Below, in pieces: positions 40,856 through 54,431 of a stretch of 64,000 bases of DNA. The notes beneath the pieces are model-generated. The model was not told the origin of the DNA. It did no database searches and worked only from the letters and a program-made list of their open reading frames with translations. The position numbers were made by a program, and so were the translations under genes. The DNA is from Dictyostelium discoideum (lineage: Eukaryota), in assembly GCA_000004695.1 (NCBI GenBank), contig CM000155.2, forward strand, positions 1,888,001-1,952,000, written 5' to 3'. Each line of letters opens with the position of its first letter. Within the stretch, counting starts at the first letter, position 1.

Positions 40856-41152
40856 GTTATTATTATTATTAGTATTATTAATTAAATATAGATTGAATAA
40901 TGACTTTAAATTAAATTTACTAATATGAACATATTCATTATTTTTTAATTTATATTTTAGTAATTGAAATTGATTATTTTTAATCATCCATTTTAAATCA
41001 TAAATATGTTTAAATTTTGTCCTATTCTCTTTACATGATATGGGTTTATAATTAATCCATTCATTATTTTCTATATGATCTAATATTTTGTAAAATAAAC
41101 ATTTATTGTGAATTACTTTCCAAAATAGTACTTCGTTATTATTGAAATCCAT
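39430..41152 (-). pseudogene. tandemly duplicated, internally deleted pseudogene copy of the downstream gene 41551..44787
   Basis: ORF 40685..41152 (MDFNNNEVLFWKVIHNKCLFYKILDHIENNEWINY...) is over 90% identical to the N-terminus of the 1078-aa gene. Homology continues through 40019..40477 and 39760..40018 with frame breaks. It jumps over about 1.19 kb (parent 42000..43187) and about 115 bp (parent 43512..43625), and resumes at 39470..39760, matching parent 41695..42000. The promoter-proximal sequence is duplicated too. Confidence 0.75.
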
Positions 41153-41550
41153 ATTATTATTATTATTATTATAAAAAATAATTGTGGGAAAAAAAGAAAA
41201 AAAAATTTAAAAAGTATATATTTTTTGTTAGCGAAATTTCATGTTCAACACTTTTTAAAAAATAGAATTAAATAAAATAAAATGTTGTTGAAAACAATGG
41301 TGTATATTTAAAAAAAAAAAATTTATTTTATTAAATTAAATTAAAATGATCCTGGTAATTATTCAATTTGAAATAATATTCTTTACATCTGGATCGAACC
41401 GAGAGTCTTCTGATGACTAACTTGTTTAAAATGATCTGGAATAACCATTTGTATACTATATGATCCTGGTAATTTTTAGTTTTTATTTTTCTTTTAATTC
41501 TATTTTGTACAAATAATATTTTCAAATAGTAATGAACCCATTTGATAATT

Positions 41551-44144
41551 TTAATTATTATTTTTTATATCATTGATAATAGGATCTAGTTGAATTATTA
41601 TTGAATTCCTATTTATTAAATAATCATTTTCATTATAATTTTTAATTTGATTCAATAAATTCTTATAAATGTGATCATATTTAAAACCACCCCAGGTATC
41701 AAAATACTGCTTTAAAATTGTAAATGATGATTTAATAATATCAGTTTTGCCCAATTGTAATGATGTTTTACAAAATCTTAGTATTTGAAGTGTATGTAAA
41801 CGATCATAATATTCGTGACTATAATTTTCTCCAATTACTTTTAAAATATTATTAATTGATGATAATTCTAAATTAAGACAACACCACCTAATGCTTGGTA
41901 GTACTGCACAATTTCTTTTATAAACTGAACATGAGTATTCCCATTCCTTTAAAAATAAATCATTTCTTTTTAGTGACATGAATAACTTTAAATTATTCAA
42001 ATAATCATCTTCATTTTTGACATAGAGACTTTCTTTATCTTTATATGGACGACTTATCATTGAATCCAATAAATCATTAAATGGTGATTGTTTAATGAAT
42101 CCTAATGTTATCGATTTAAGCAAACCATTATCATTATGAGATATTGATTCATAATAATCATACAATAATCTTGATCTTTTATAAATGAAAAATAATTTAA
42201 TTTCTTTTGTTTCCTTATTAATTTCTAATTGATTTTCAATTAAAAATTGATAAATTTGCTCAGTTAGTTCTTGATTTATATATCTTCTTTTATTAAAAAA
42301 TGCATGTACCAATATTTGATAATAAAATTGCAAATTTGCTTGATGGAAGGTAGTTGTAACTGTTATTACTGTTGATGGTGATGATGACGAACATTTTTGA
42401 AGATTATTACAATTTCTATTGATTTGATTATTTGTTTTAATTATTTCTTTTGATTTATTAAATTGGTTAATGAATAATATAATAAAAGATTCTGAAAATT
42501 TTTTATCTCTCCCGTCAAAATTATAATCTTTATCTTTAATTATAAAATTCTCTATTATGAATCTTGAATAATTACTATTGGATATTATATTTCCTTTTGT
42601 ACCCTCAAAGAAACCTCCAGCAGGTTGAGCATCTAAATTGGTGTTTATTTTAATTTTTGAAAGATTAAATTTCGCTTCAGGATTTAATGTGCTTGTATTA
42701 TTTCTATCACTATCATCTTCATAAAAACCATTTCTAGATATATATTCTACTAAATAATAATATTCTTCAGGAGTAACCATTTTATAATCAAAAATAAAAT
42801 TGAATAATCTATTATATTCTTGATAAATTGATTCATCTTCTTGATTTAATAATCTTTCATTTAAAGAATATGGTAAACGACGTAAATAGCAAAGTACAGA
42901 TTTAAATTGAATACCTAATGAATGAAAATATTTAATCTCTTGAATATTACATTTTATAATTGCTTTTAAAAATGGTATTCGATAATAATATTGTAAATCT
43001 TCAGTGATTGAATTTAACTCTATAAAGTGATTCGATAATTCAATAGAATCGAAATAGTAATCAATTTCAAATAACCTTAATTCTAATTTATTTAATGATG
43101 GTTCTCTCCATTCACATTGTATAACCCAATCCATTGTTTCAATATCTTTGATAATAGGGAGAGGATGATTATATCTATCGTGAAAGATTATCATTAATGG
43201 ATTCCATGTTTTTGGTAAATATTTTTTATATTTATTTGGTATATATTTGAATAGTTCTTCATATGTTAATTTATTATCTATTTTTAGCATTATACCACCA
43301 ATGGTTTCATGTAAATATTTTTCTATATCATCATCCTCTTCATCATCATCATCTTCATCATCATCTTCTTCTTCTTCTTCTTTTTCTTCTTCTTCATCTT
43401 TTTCTTTTTCTTCCTTTTCTTTTTCTTCTTTATCATTTTGAAAACCATTGATATTATTTATTTTTGATAAAAGGGTTCTAAGGAATTCAACTGATCTATT
43501 TAAATTTTCATTTGCGGTTGAGTAAATATAGAAAGAATAACGTTTTTGAGGATCGAAAGTGAAATCCATTTGTTTCAATATCGAAGGAATGTAATTTTTA
43601 AGACTATATTCAAATGCAAACTTTTTAAAATCATCAATTGACATTAATTCATCAGGTAATACTTCATCATGATATTTTGATAAATATAATTCTAATAGTT
43701 GATCTGATCGTGTTAAGATAATTAATTTTATAAGCATTTTTTGAATATGATCCTCTTCATTTTGTTCTAATAATAATAATAATTCTGATTGCTGATGTTC
43801 TTTTGGTTTTTGTTCTCCAAATAATTCTAAACATTTTAATAAAATTTCTAATCTATCTTGATTGTTAAAATTTTTACGTTCTTTAAATACCTTTTCAATA
43901 TAATCTAATAGCTTATATATAGTTTTGTAATTTATAGTAACTGCTAAATATTCAAATCTAATGTCTTTATTTTGATGTTTTATAAATTCTAAATTTTTAT
44001 TTGATTGATTTGGTTGTTCTTTTATTATATGATTTATCATAATACGGGTTAATGTAGTACGATGTCTCTTGTTACAATGTAGATATGGGATAGAATCAAA
44101 TGAAAATTCATTGTCCATTAAACGCATTGTATATGATTCAAAGT

Positions 44145-44201
<57 letters not shown>

Positions 44202-44426
44202 TTGTATTATTTTTATTATTAATATTACTTAAAGTTCCAAATAATAAATTGATAATTTCATAACTACCATTTTTATATGCAACTTCTATTATTATTTTAT
44301 CTTCCAAAAATTCACAATTCCTTTTTTCAAGTACTAGTTGCAATATCTCTTTATATAATTCAATGTTGATTGATCTTTGACATTTTAATCTATAATATTC
44401 TTTTGGTGAATCTATTATTTGTACTC

Positions 44427-44496
<70 letters not shown>

Positions 44497-44787
44497 GTTA
44501 TTATTATTATCAACTAAATATAGATTGAATAATGACTTTATATTAAATTTACTAATATGAACATATTCATTATTTTTTAATTTATATTTTAGTAATTGAA
44601 ATTGATTATTTTTAATCATCCATTTTAAATCATAAATATGTTTAAATTTTGTCCTATTCTCTTTACCTAATGATATGGGTTCATAATTAATCCATTCATT
44701 ATTTTCTATATGATCTAATATTTTGTAAAATAAATATTTATTGTGAATTACTTTCCAAAATAGTACTTCATTATTATTAATATCCAT
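41551..44787 (-). CDS. hypothetical large protein (1078 aa), Dictyostelium-specific family; parent of the adjacent pseudogene
   Basis: ATG-initiated single ORF with conserved N-terminus MDINNNEVLFWKVIHNKYLFYKILDHIENNEWINYEPIS, N28 and T20 tracts, and an acidic EEKEKDEEEEKEEEEEDDDEDDDDEEDDD block. No domain recognised. Confidence 0.55.
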
Positions 44788-45188
44788 ATTATTATTATTA
44801 TTATTATTATAATTAAAAAATAATGGTCGATTTTGTGGGAAAAAAAAAAAAGAAAAAAAAAAAGAAAAAAGTTGAAAAAAAAAAAGAAAAAAAAAAAGTA
44901 AAAAAAAAAGAAAAAAAAAAAAAGAAAGAAAAAAGTTGAAAAATAAACTAATAAAAGTAAAAACAAATAAACCGATTCAAACCAAATCAATTTTTTTGGT
45001 TTTTTTTTTTTTTTTTCAAATATTATTGGTATTTGTATGGTATTTGGGATTGTTGTGGTAAATATCTATTCAAGGAAAAATAAATAAAAGTTTTTTAAAT
45101 TTAAAAAAAATATAAAATTCAAAAAAACATTCACAAATTTTCCCGCCAAACCATTTTGCTGTTAAAAAAAAAAAATGGGAATCTGGAA

Positions 45189-45227
<39 letters not shown>

Positions 45228-45349
45228 TAAAAAAAAAAAAAAAATAGTGATATTTGTTATGACTTTACCCAATTCCTTAAAAATAAAAATAATAATAATA
45301 AAATAATAATAATAATAATAATAACAAACTCAATAAAAATAAAAAAAAA

Positions 45350-45488
45350 ATGTCATCATTGAGCGATTGGGAAAATACAAAAGAAAATATAGTTCCTCTT
45401 AAAACTGGTAGGGACCCAACTAAACTTGCATTATTTGCAAAACAAACAAATCAATCAGATGAAGAATTAGAAAAAGAAAAACAGTAAA

Positions 45489-45549
<61 letters not shown>

Positions 45550-46262
45550 TTATTTTTATTATAATTATTATTAACACAACTTTTTTTTTTTTTTTTTTTT
45601 TTTTCTTTAATAAAAGAAAATTTGAAATAATTATAAATGAATACCAAGGTGAAGATCCAATTGATAATTGGTTAAAATATATAAAATGGGTACAACAATC
45701 ATATCCAGGTGGTAATATGAAAGAACAATTAATTGTATTATTAGAGAGATGTACAAGATTATTTTTAAGTACAGAGAAATATAAAAATGATCCACGTTAT
45801 TTAAGAATTTGGATTACATATGCCGATATGTGTAGAGATCCAATTGAAGTATTCTCATTTTTAGAGGTACAACGTATAGGTTTCTATCTTTCATTACTCT
45901 ATGAAGCAAGAGCTATCGTCTATGAAAATAAAGGTAACTATGAACAAGCCGATAAATCATTCAAACAAGGTATAGAGAGAAAAGCTCAACCCATTGAAAG
46001 ATTACAACAAAAACATTTAGATTTCGAAAGAAGATTAATTGCAAGATTAAAACATCAACAACAACACCAACAACTTCAACAACAACAACAACAACAAAAT
46101 GATCAATTAGAACAACAACAACTTGATGAAAATGGTAATACAAAATTAACTAGATCTGCATTAGGTACAATTAGTTCATCTTCAGTTCATTCTGAAAGAA
46201 AATCTCAACAAACTAAAGGTTTACCATTAGGTAATTCTACAATTGGTAAGCTTTATTATTAC

Positions 46263-46334
<72 letters not shown>

Positions 46335-47497
46335 TATTATTATTATTATTATTATTATTTTAAAGATGAAAAATAAAAAAATAATATTAATATGATTTTA
46401 TTTAGATAAAAAGAGAAAAGTTGGAAATGATCAAAAAAATAATTTAGGATTTCAAATTTTTGATGATGAAAAAGGTGGTTCAACAACAAATGAAGTTTTA
46501 ACAGATTCTAAATTTTTTGGATCATCTCGTAAAGCAGCTGCTTTAATGGCTGCTGGTCAAACACAACAAACATCTCAAATGAAATGGGATGAATTAGAAC
46601 CTGAACTTAATAAACATAAAGAAAATACACAACTCTCTCAAAAATGGTCTGATGTAAAACTACTTCAAAAGAAACAAAAAATTACAACTGCTGGTTTTCA
46701 AATTTATTGTGATCAAGATTCTTTATCCAACAACAATAATGGTAGTAATAATAATAATAATAATAACAACAATGAGAATATACCATTATCACCTGATAAA
46801 TTAAGAGTTCATAGTTCAAAACAACAATCTAAATTAGAACAAATTCAAAATAATCCATTAGCAAACTTTCCAAAAGTATCAACATCAAACTCTTCTTCTT
46901 CTTCTTCTTCCTCTACCAATAAATCAACATCAACAACTACTGTTACCACTACTAAAAATGAAAGAGTTGGTTACAATAAACCATTATTTACAAAAGAGAA
47001 TGAAAAACATGAAATTTCATTTGAAGAATATAGAGCATCACTCTTTAAAAAGAAATTAATTGAAAAACAAGAACAACAAAATAAAAAAATTGAAAAAGAA
47101 AAAGAAGAATTAGATATTAAATTAAAACAAGAACAAAAAGAACAAAAAGAAAAAGAACAAAAAGAAAAAGAACAAAAAGAAAAAGAAGAATTAGAGATTA
47201 AATTAAAACAAGAGCAACAAGAAAAAGAATTACAATATCAGCAACATCAACAAAAACAATATCAACAAAAACAACAACAACAACAATCATATAATCCACC
47301 ATCTCCAACAATGACAATTCATACAAAACAAGCTTTTCATGATGTTATGGCAATGTTTAGTGAACCTTTAGAATTTGAAAAGAATAATAAATCAACATCA
47401 TCATCATCGTCATTGCAATTAAATAATGTTCCATCATCACCAAATCCTTTCACTGAAAGTACATTAATGAAATCAACAATCGATAATAATAAAAATG

Positions 47498-47537
<40 letters not shown>

Positions 47538-49563
47538 TAATAAAAATACTGATGTTTCATTTGATGAGAAATCAATTGAAGATCAAGAAAACATTGATCC
47601 AAATCAAGGTGGTGGTGGTGGTAATAATGATGGTAATCCTTTATTATCAAGTAAAATTACAAATCGTGATGTATTAATGAAACAATTATTCTCAAAGGAT
47701 GAAGATGAAGGAAACCAATTTGATCAAGAAAGAGATATGGTAAAAACAATTGAAAGAATTGATTTATTAGTAAAGGGTAAAGATACTCCAAAGTTTGAAA
47801 TTTTCGAAGATTCAACTTTAGCTTCAAGTCAATTACATTCAAAGAGTGTTAGTTTAGCTGATAAGGTTGCAAGTAAAAATAAACAATTAAATCCATTGGA
47901 ACAATCTCAAAATCCATTGAAAAAGTCAATATTAGGTAGTAGTGGTATCAATGGTATCAATGGTAATAATGGCGGTTTTACCATTTTCCAAGACCAACCA
48001 AACCAAGAGAAGAAACAACCATTACAACAATCACAATTACAAAATCCATTGAAAAACTCAATCTTAGGTATCAGTGATGCTAATGGTAATGGTGGTGGTG
48101 GTGGTAGTGGTAGTGGTAGTGGTGGTTTTACAATTTTCCAAGATCAAGCAGCTGAAGAAAAAAAACCATTTAATGAGAAAGAACAACAACAACAAGAAGA
48201 AAAAGAAAAAGAAAATAAAATAGAAGAAGAAGAAGAAGAAGAAGAAAAAGATAAAGAAAAAGAAATTAATTATCAAAATATTACAGGTAATATTACAAGT
48301 ACAATTGATCCAACCACAGTAATTATTTGTAGTTTAACACCAGATGATGGTATTGTTAATCCATATTTAATTGATCACCAATATTTATTGGAACAACACG
48401 TATCAGCTACAGTTCAATCAATTCAATCATTTTTTAATGTTGGAGATGATTTGGCACCACTACCAGAACAATTGGACCAATGTGAACCAAATCAACTTTT
48501 TGAGGATAATAGTATTATTGTTCAATGGCCATTCTCTGATATCACAGTAAACTTTACCAAATGTGTTTGTAAATCAACTATGGATGGTAGTATGACATTT
48601 AAAGTGGAAAGAATCGATGATCTAGCTATGACCACCTCTGAAGACAGTTGGTTGTCTTGTAAGGTTCAAGATCCACCCTCAATTTGGGAATTTTATATTG
48701 GAAATCAAATCCATCAACGTTTACAAGAGAGATCATTGACAATTAGTAACTCTAAATTCCCAACCATCCATTCCCTCTACTATTATACCGATAAATCCAT
48801 AATGTTAATGGATCATACTATAGATCAGGGTACTTTGGACGACGTGGTTTCAAGCACCAATGGCGTACCAATGGAAGAACCATTGGCAATGTTCCATTGT
48901 ATAGAATTGTTGAAAATGATTGAAGATTTACATTTGGTTGGTATCATTCATGGTAATATTTGTGCAAATAATTTACACTTTTTATTCGGACAAACCTCTG
49001 ATTGGCCTGATTGGACAGCAGGTGAATGTAAAGGTGCTTGGAAGAGTAAAGGTTTCACATTAACCGATTTCAGTAGATCAATCGATACAACAATCTATAG
49101 TCAAGACGCCAGATATCAATCACCAATTGAACTCTTACCAATTGGTACACCATTAGAATGGTTAAAAATCAATCAATCATCAACAACCAACGTTGGTTGG
49201 TCTTATAATTTAGATTATTTAGGTATTTGTAAAGTTATGTTTCATATTTTAACATGTGGTAAAGAAGAATTAAAATTATCATTGTCTCAACAAACTGGAA
49301 AATTAGAAATTATAAATCAATCAATAATTCAAAAAGATTCATTTTCTGAACTTGATACCTTATGGTTACCATTTTTAACCACATTGTTAAATCATAATGG
49401 TGAAAATGGTAATCAACAAACAACAACAACAACATATATATTAAAACAACAAAGAAATCTTTTTGAAAACTATTTACAATCAAATCCAGTTAAATCAAAA
49501 ATTAAATCTTTATTAAGAATTCAAAATATTAAATTATTTGAATCAATGAAATCAAAACAATAA
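45350..49563 (+). CDS. mitotic checkpoint Bub1/BubR1 (MadBub) homologue; exons 45350..45483, 45617..46245, 46406..49563
   Basis: Exon 1 [18 protein letters not shown] aligns with the BubR1/Mad3 N-terminal KEN box (GDEWELSKENVQPLRQGR). Exon 2 is the Mad3/BUB1 homology region 1 ([41 protein letters not shown]...[14 protein letters not shown]). Exon 3 holds a second KEN segment ([22 protein letters not shown], compare BubR1 FSFEEIRAEVFRKK) and a C-terminal kinase-like domain ([13 protein letters not shown]...[12 protein letters not shown]...LTDFSRS). Introns carry an (ATT)n and a (TTA)n repeat, and the phases agree. Confidence 0.8.
45485..45552. repeat. (ATT)n microsatellite in intron 1 of the Bub1 homologue. 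A second (TTA)n repeat at 46262..46350 lies in intron 2
   Basis: Direct read of the sequence. Confidence 0.9.
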
Positions 49564-49752
49564 AAAAAAAAAAAAAAAAAAATTTACTAAAAATAAATTA
49601 ATAAAAAAAAAAAAAGAATAAATAAAATTGTATATTTTTAAAAAATTAAATAAATAAAATAAATAAATAAATTATAAGGGGTAATTTATGAAATATACAA
49701 TTTCTTAATATTTAAATATTATATATTTTTATTATTATTATTATTATTATCA

Positions 49753-50921
49753 TTATTTTGGTAATGGAATTGGATTCATATTTCTTAACATAAATAATGG
49801 TGGTGCAATTTCATTATGAGTTTCACATTCAGCTAAATCATGACCAAATGGAATTCTACCCCATGTTTCTGATTGATATTCCTCTTCTAATGCAATTGTT
49901 TGATAAAGATTATCTAATCTTAATTTTCCATAATATAATGATAATGCAACTAAAAATGATTTTGATGATTGTGAAATTAATTGTAAACATACTAATTCCC
50001 AATTATTCATTGAATGTAAATGTCTTTCAATTTTCTAAATTTTTTTTTAAAAAAAAAAAATATATATTAATAAAAATATAAATATAAACTATCTATTTAA
50101 ATAAATTATAATTTATATATATATATTACATCTAATAATTCTTTTGGATGTTTTGAAATTGAAAGATGTGTTGAAATTGAAAATGGAATACCATAATATT
50201 CATTTGCAAATTGAAGTATTGGTTCATATAATTCACTTTGTAATTTTTTAAGTTTTGAATCATTCTTTTCTCTATTACAAATTGGATCTGTTGCTAAATG
50301 ATTAATAAACTCTCCAATGATTTTAAATCTACCTTCTGGTCTTACATCTAAACATGATATAATTGTTTGTGTCTTTTTTTTTATTTATTTAATTTTATTA
50401 GTATTATATTTTAAATTATATTATATATTTTTATATGTATGTATAAAACTTACAATTGGTAATCTAGATGGTTTAATATATTTTTCTTGAGCTCTCCATT
50501 CAGCAGCTACAGCATATGCAATTTCTTTTGAAGGTGTAATAATGACATGATTTGAAGGAGTTCTAATTTTTCTTTCATCAATTAATGGATAATAACCTTG
50601 GTCAGGATTTTCAGGTTCAGTTCTACACATACCAGCTGTTTTATACCATCTTAATGATGAACCATCACTTTTAACACCTTCTAATAAAACATCACCTTTT
50701 AAAAATTTTGAACTTTGTGGTTTTTCCATAACTTCTTTAACTATCTTTTTTTGTTCTTCTAATTTAATGCTTGCTTTTAATTCTTCTGATAATTCTACTG
50801 TATTATCATCTTTAATTATAAATTGAGTTTGATTGCTCTTATTATTAGTTGATGTTGTAGTGAATGTTTTTCTATTAGATAATAAAATGTTTTTATTAAT
50901 TAATCTTAATGATCTAATCAT
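49753..50921 (-). CDS. ATP synthase F1 assembly factor ATP12 (ATPAF2) homologue; exons 50454..50921, 50130..50372, 49753..50034
   Basis: Presequence-like N-terminus; ITPSKEIAYAVAAEWRAQEKYIKPSRLPI aligns with the ATP12 core (SKELALAIAAEWDAQ). Exon 2 is TQTIISCLDVRPEG...LATDPICNREK...PKELLD. Exon 3 is ...ALEEEYQSETWGRIPFGHDLAECE (ATP12 C-terminal EEEYQ..WG motif). Donors att|GTAAGT and gat|GTAATA, acceptors aaaaag| and atttag|, all phase 0. Confidence 0.75.
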
Positions 50922-51457
50922 TTTTATTTAAACTACTAAATATGTTGTTTATACAAATAAATTAATTAAAAAAAAAAAAAAAAAAAAAAAAAATCTGATT
51001 AAAAAACGACAAATTTCAAAAAAAAATAAAAAAATAAAAAAATAAAAATAAAAAAATAATTTAAAAAAAAAAAAAATAAACCAATAAAAGAATATTTTGA
51101 AAATTTATTATTATCTTGTGTGAATTTATAAAATATTGAAATAAAATAATTAAATAAAAGATAGAACAATTACTTACTTTTTTTTTAAAGTAAGTAAAAA
51201 AAATAATAATAAAAAATACCAATTTAATTTTTTATTTTATTATTTTAATAAATTTAAATATAAATATAAAAAAAAAATAATAAAAAATAAAAAATAAAAA
51301 ATAAAAAATAAAAAATAATATAAATGAATTATTCCATTTTGGTGGGTTTTACTATGAATGGTTAAATTCAAAATAAATAAATATAAAAAGAAATATCTTC
51401 AGAAAATTTTTTTTTTTTTTTAATTTTTTTTTTTTTTAATTTTTAATTTTTAACATA

Positions 51458-51492
<35 letters not shown>

Positions 51493-51702
51493 ATTTTTAG
51501 TAACAATCAAATATAAGATTTCTTATATTGGATACGTGGTGTACTTTTGTGTTTGGGTGGATTTTATTATTTATTTATTTTAATCATCATTTTTATTTGT
51601 AATATATTTCATTTTTATCACACAAAACACACACAAAACACACACTCACAAAAACACACACTCACACATAAATAAATACACAATAATAAAAGAAGAAAGA
51701 AA

Positions 51703-53723
51703 ATGGAGAAAAGAAAGAGTATATTTTTTGCAAATGATAGTGAAGATAATACATCATCAGGAGATTTAAGTAGTTTTACAAAACGTGGTACAATTACACC
51801 AGGTAAGATTGCAAATGCACGTGAAGGAGAGTTATCACAAATGATTGATGTTGAATCGGAACAGAAATATCAAGAAATTATTGAACTTTTAGTTACAGGT
51901 GGTTATTTTAGAGCACGTATTTCAGGTTTATCACCATTTGATAAAGTTGTTGGTGGCATGGCTTGGTCAATCACTGCTTCAAATGTTGATGTTGACGCTG
52001 ATTTATTCTTTCAAGAAAATTCAAATATTAAACAAAAAGTGTAAGTTTAAATTATTATTAAATTATAGTTGTAGATTTTAAATAATATATAAACCAATAA
52101 TAATAATAATAATAATAATAATTTTTTTTTTAAAAAAAAAGATCATTATCAGAAGAATTAATTAAAGCATTAAATCGTATGAAATGTCCATTTCCATTAC
52201 AAGCACAACATATTACATTATTGAATTATATAACATTATTTCCAATTATAAGATGGTTAATTACAAAAGTAATTGAAACACGTGAAGAAACAGGTGATTT
52301 ATTGAGAATGTATTCAATTTCAATGTTTAGTAAAGATTATATAGCACCAATTGATGAAGATATGAAGAAATCATTGAATGAATCATGTGATTTTATAGAG
52401 AGTGTAGAGAAAAGATATAAACCAACTCGTAAATTTAAAAGAGCCAATAATACCAAATCAACACCAACTCAAACATTATTGGAATATGGTAAATTACATC
52501 GTATTTCACGTTTACCAACAAATATAAATGAAAATAAAGAAGCTGCACAAAAATTAGAATCACAATTGAGTGGTAAGGATGGTAGTGGTAAGGATACAAC
52601 TGAAGCAGAACGTGAGGAGGAAGAGAAAAGAATTAAACAAATGATGAAAGGTATGAAAGGTGTAGAGGGTGATGCTTTGTCAAAAGTTAGTGGTGGTGTA
52701 TTGAAATCATTTTTACCATCAGAGGAGATTACAAATCTATCGGAACGTTATGGTGATATGTCTGATTTGGGTGGTGCAGAAGGTGCAAAAATGATGGCAG
52801 AGAAATTACATCGCCAAAAGATTACAAATTTGGAGAAACTAATTCAACAAAAGAATCAAGAATTGGAACAAATTATCAATGCACATTCTGAACGTCAAAC
52901 AGAGTTGGAACAACTTCAATTGCTTGTTGGTAAGAAACAAGCATTCAATGAACGTATCATTAGAGAGACAGAGAAATTGGATGCATTGGAAACACCAGAG
53001 AATACTAAAGCATTACAAGCACTACGTTCATTGGTACTATTGAATGAAACATTGATTGCTCAAGAGGAACTTTTCAAACAATCTTGTAAACGTCAAATGG
53101 TAGAATATAAACAAAAGATCGAACAACTCTTATCACAAGATGCCTCTACTCAAGAGGATCTTCAAGACAGTGATAGACAACAACAAATTCAACAAGCATT
53201 CGATAGTGATATTGGTAAATTAAAGAAATTGAAATTATTACTCAATAAAAAGAATAGAGATATCTCTTTGATTCAACGTTATCTCGATGAATTACCATCT
53301 CGTGCCGAACTATTACAATATCAAAGACAATTTGTTGAATTATCCGAACAAAGTAGTTCGAAATTAACCGAAACCAGACAATACTATACAACCTACAATA
53401 CCTTTGAAGATAAGAAAACACTTTTAGAAAATGAACTCTCAATTCTCAATTCAATTCAATCCAAATATAGCATAGCTATGTCTTCAACAAATAATAAAGA
53501 ATTATTCATTAAATCAATGGATCAAATCATTGATGGTATTCAACAAGTTTTAGATAAATCTGAAAATAAATGGAATGTTGAAAAAGTTCGTCATGATACT
53601 TTATCTGATCAATATATGACTTTATTAGATCAAGAGAGAAATTATTATAAATTAACAAAAGACTTTGAAGAAGAATGTAGAAAGAATGAATTATTAATTA
53701 AAAAATTAAATGAATTACAATAA
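51703..53723 (+). CDS. CCDC93 homologue (coiled-coil domain-containing protein 93); exons 51703..52040 and 52142..53723
   Basis: [49 protein letters not shown] is almost identical to human CCDC93 ([46 protein letters not shown]). Exon 2 [15 protein letters not shown]...[21 protein letters not shown] continues the alignment (LPRMKCPHQLEPHQI...). A long coiled-coil follows. Donor gt|GTAAGT at 52041, acceptor aaaag| at 52141, phase 2. Confidence 0.85.
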
Positions 53724-54131
53724 ATAAATAAATAAATAATAATAAAAAAAAAAAATTAAAAAAAATAAAATAAAATAATATAAAAATAATAAAATAATTG
53801 ATATTTTTCCAAATCTAAAATTATTTATATACATTTTGATAGGTAATTGAATTTTATGTCATTTTTACTTGAGAACCTATTTTTTTAAAAATTTTATTTA
53901 TTTATATTTAATAACTCGATATTTTTTTAAAAAATGCCGAGTTAATTATAACTAATTCAATTATCCACTGAACGGTCCAATGGTATTTGATATATTATAA
54001 ATTGTTTTTTTTTTTAATTAATTTGCACACAAATTTTTTTTTTTTTTTTTTTTAAATTTTTTTTTTTTTAATTTTAAAATTTTTTTTATTTTATTTTTAT
54101 TTTTTTTTTTTTTGGTGGTTTTTCAAAAATC

Positions 54132-54162
<31 letters not shown>

Positions 54163-54431
54163 ACAAATTCAATCATTACCACTTTAAAGCGACATTTAAA
54201 ATAATTTAAACATAATTTTTGTAGATACTTTACAATAATTTGAATGAAAAAAAAAATAGGGATATAATATTTTTTAAAGAGACATATATCCCGTAGAGGA
54301 TAAATAGTTTTTTTTTAAAAAAAAAGATTTCCCAAAAAAAAAAAAAAAAAAAGGAATTTTGGCCCCAGGCTCAAATACCAACCCACCCCAATGTAATTTT
54401 TCCCCAATCCCAACAACAAGCCCAACTTCAA

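Noticed and set aside
49797-50081. ORF 49797..50081 (+) and other short ORFs antisense to annotated genes (5149..5382, 19024..19233, 19831..20139, 27124..27309, 53242..53442, 56168..56758, 58115..58324, 59113..59334, 61136..61363, 61687..61884, 62486..62677)
   Set aside because: Each lies inside a well-supported gene on the opposite strand or in another frame. None has homology signals, and their composition is typical of antisense AT-rich coding DNA.
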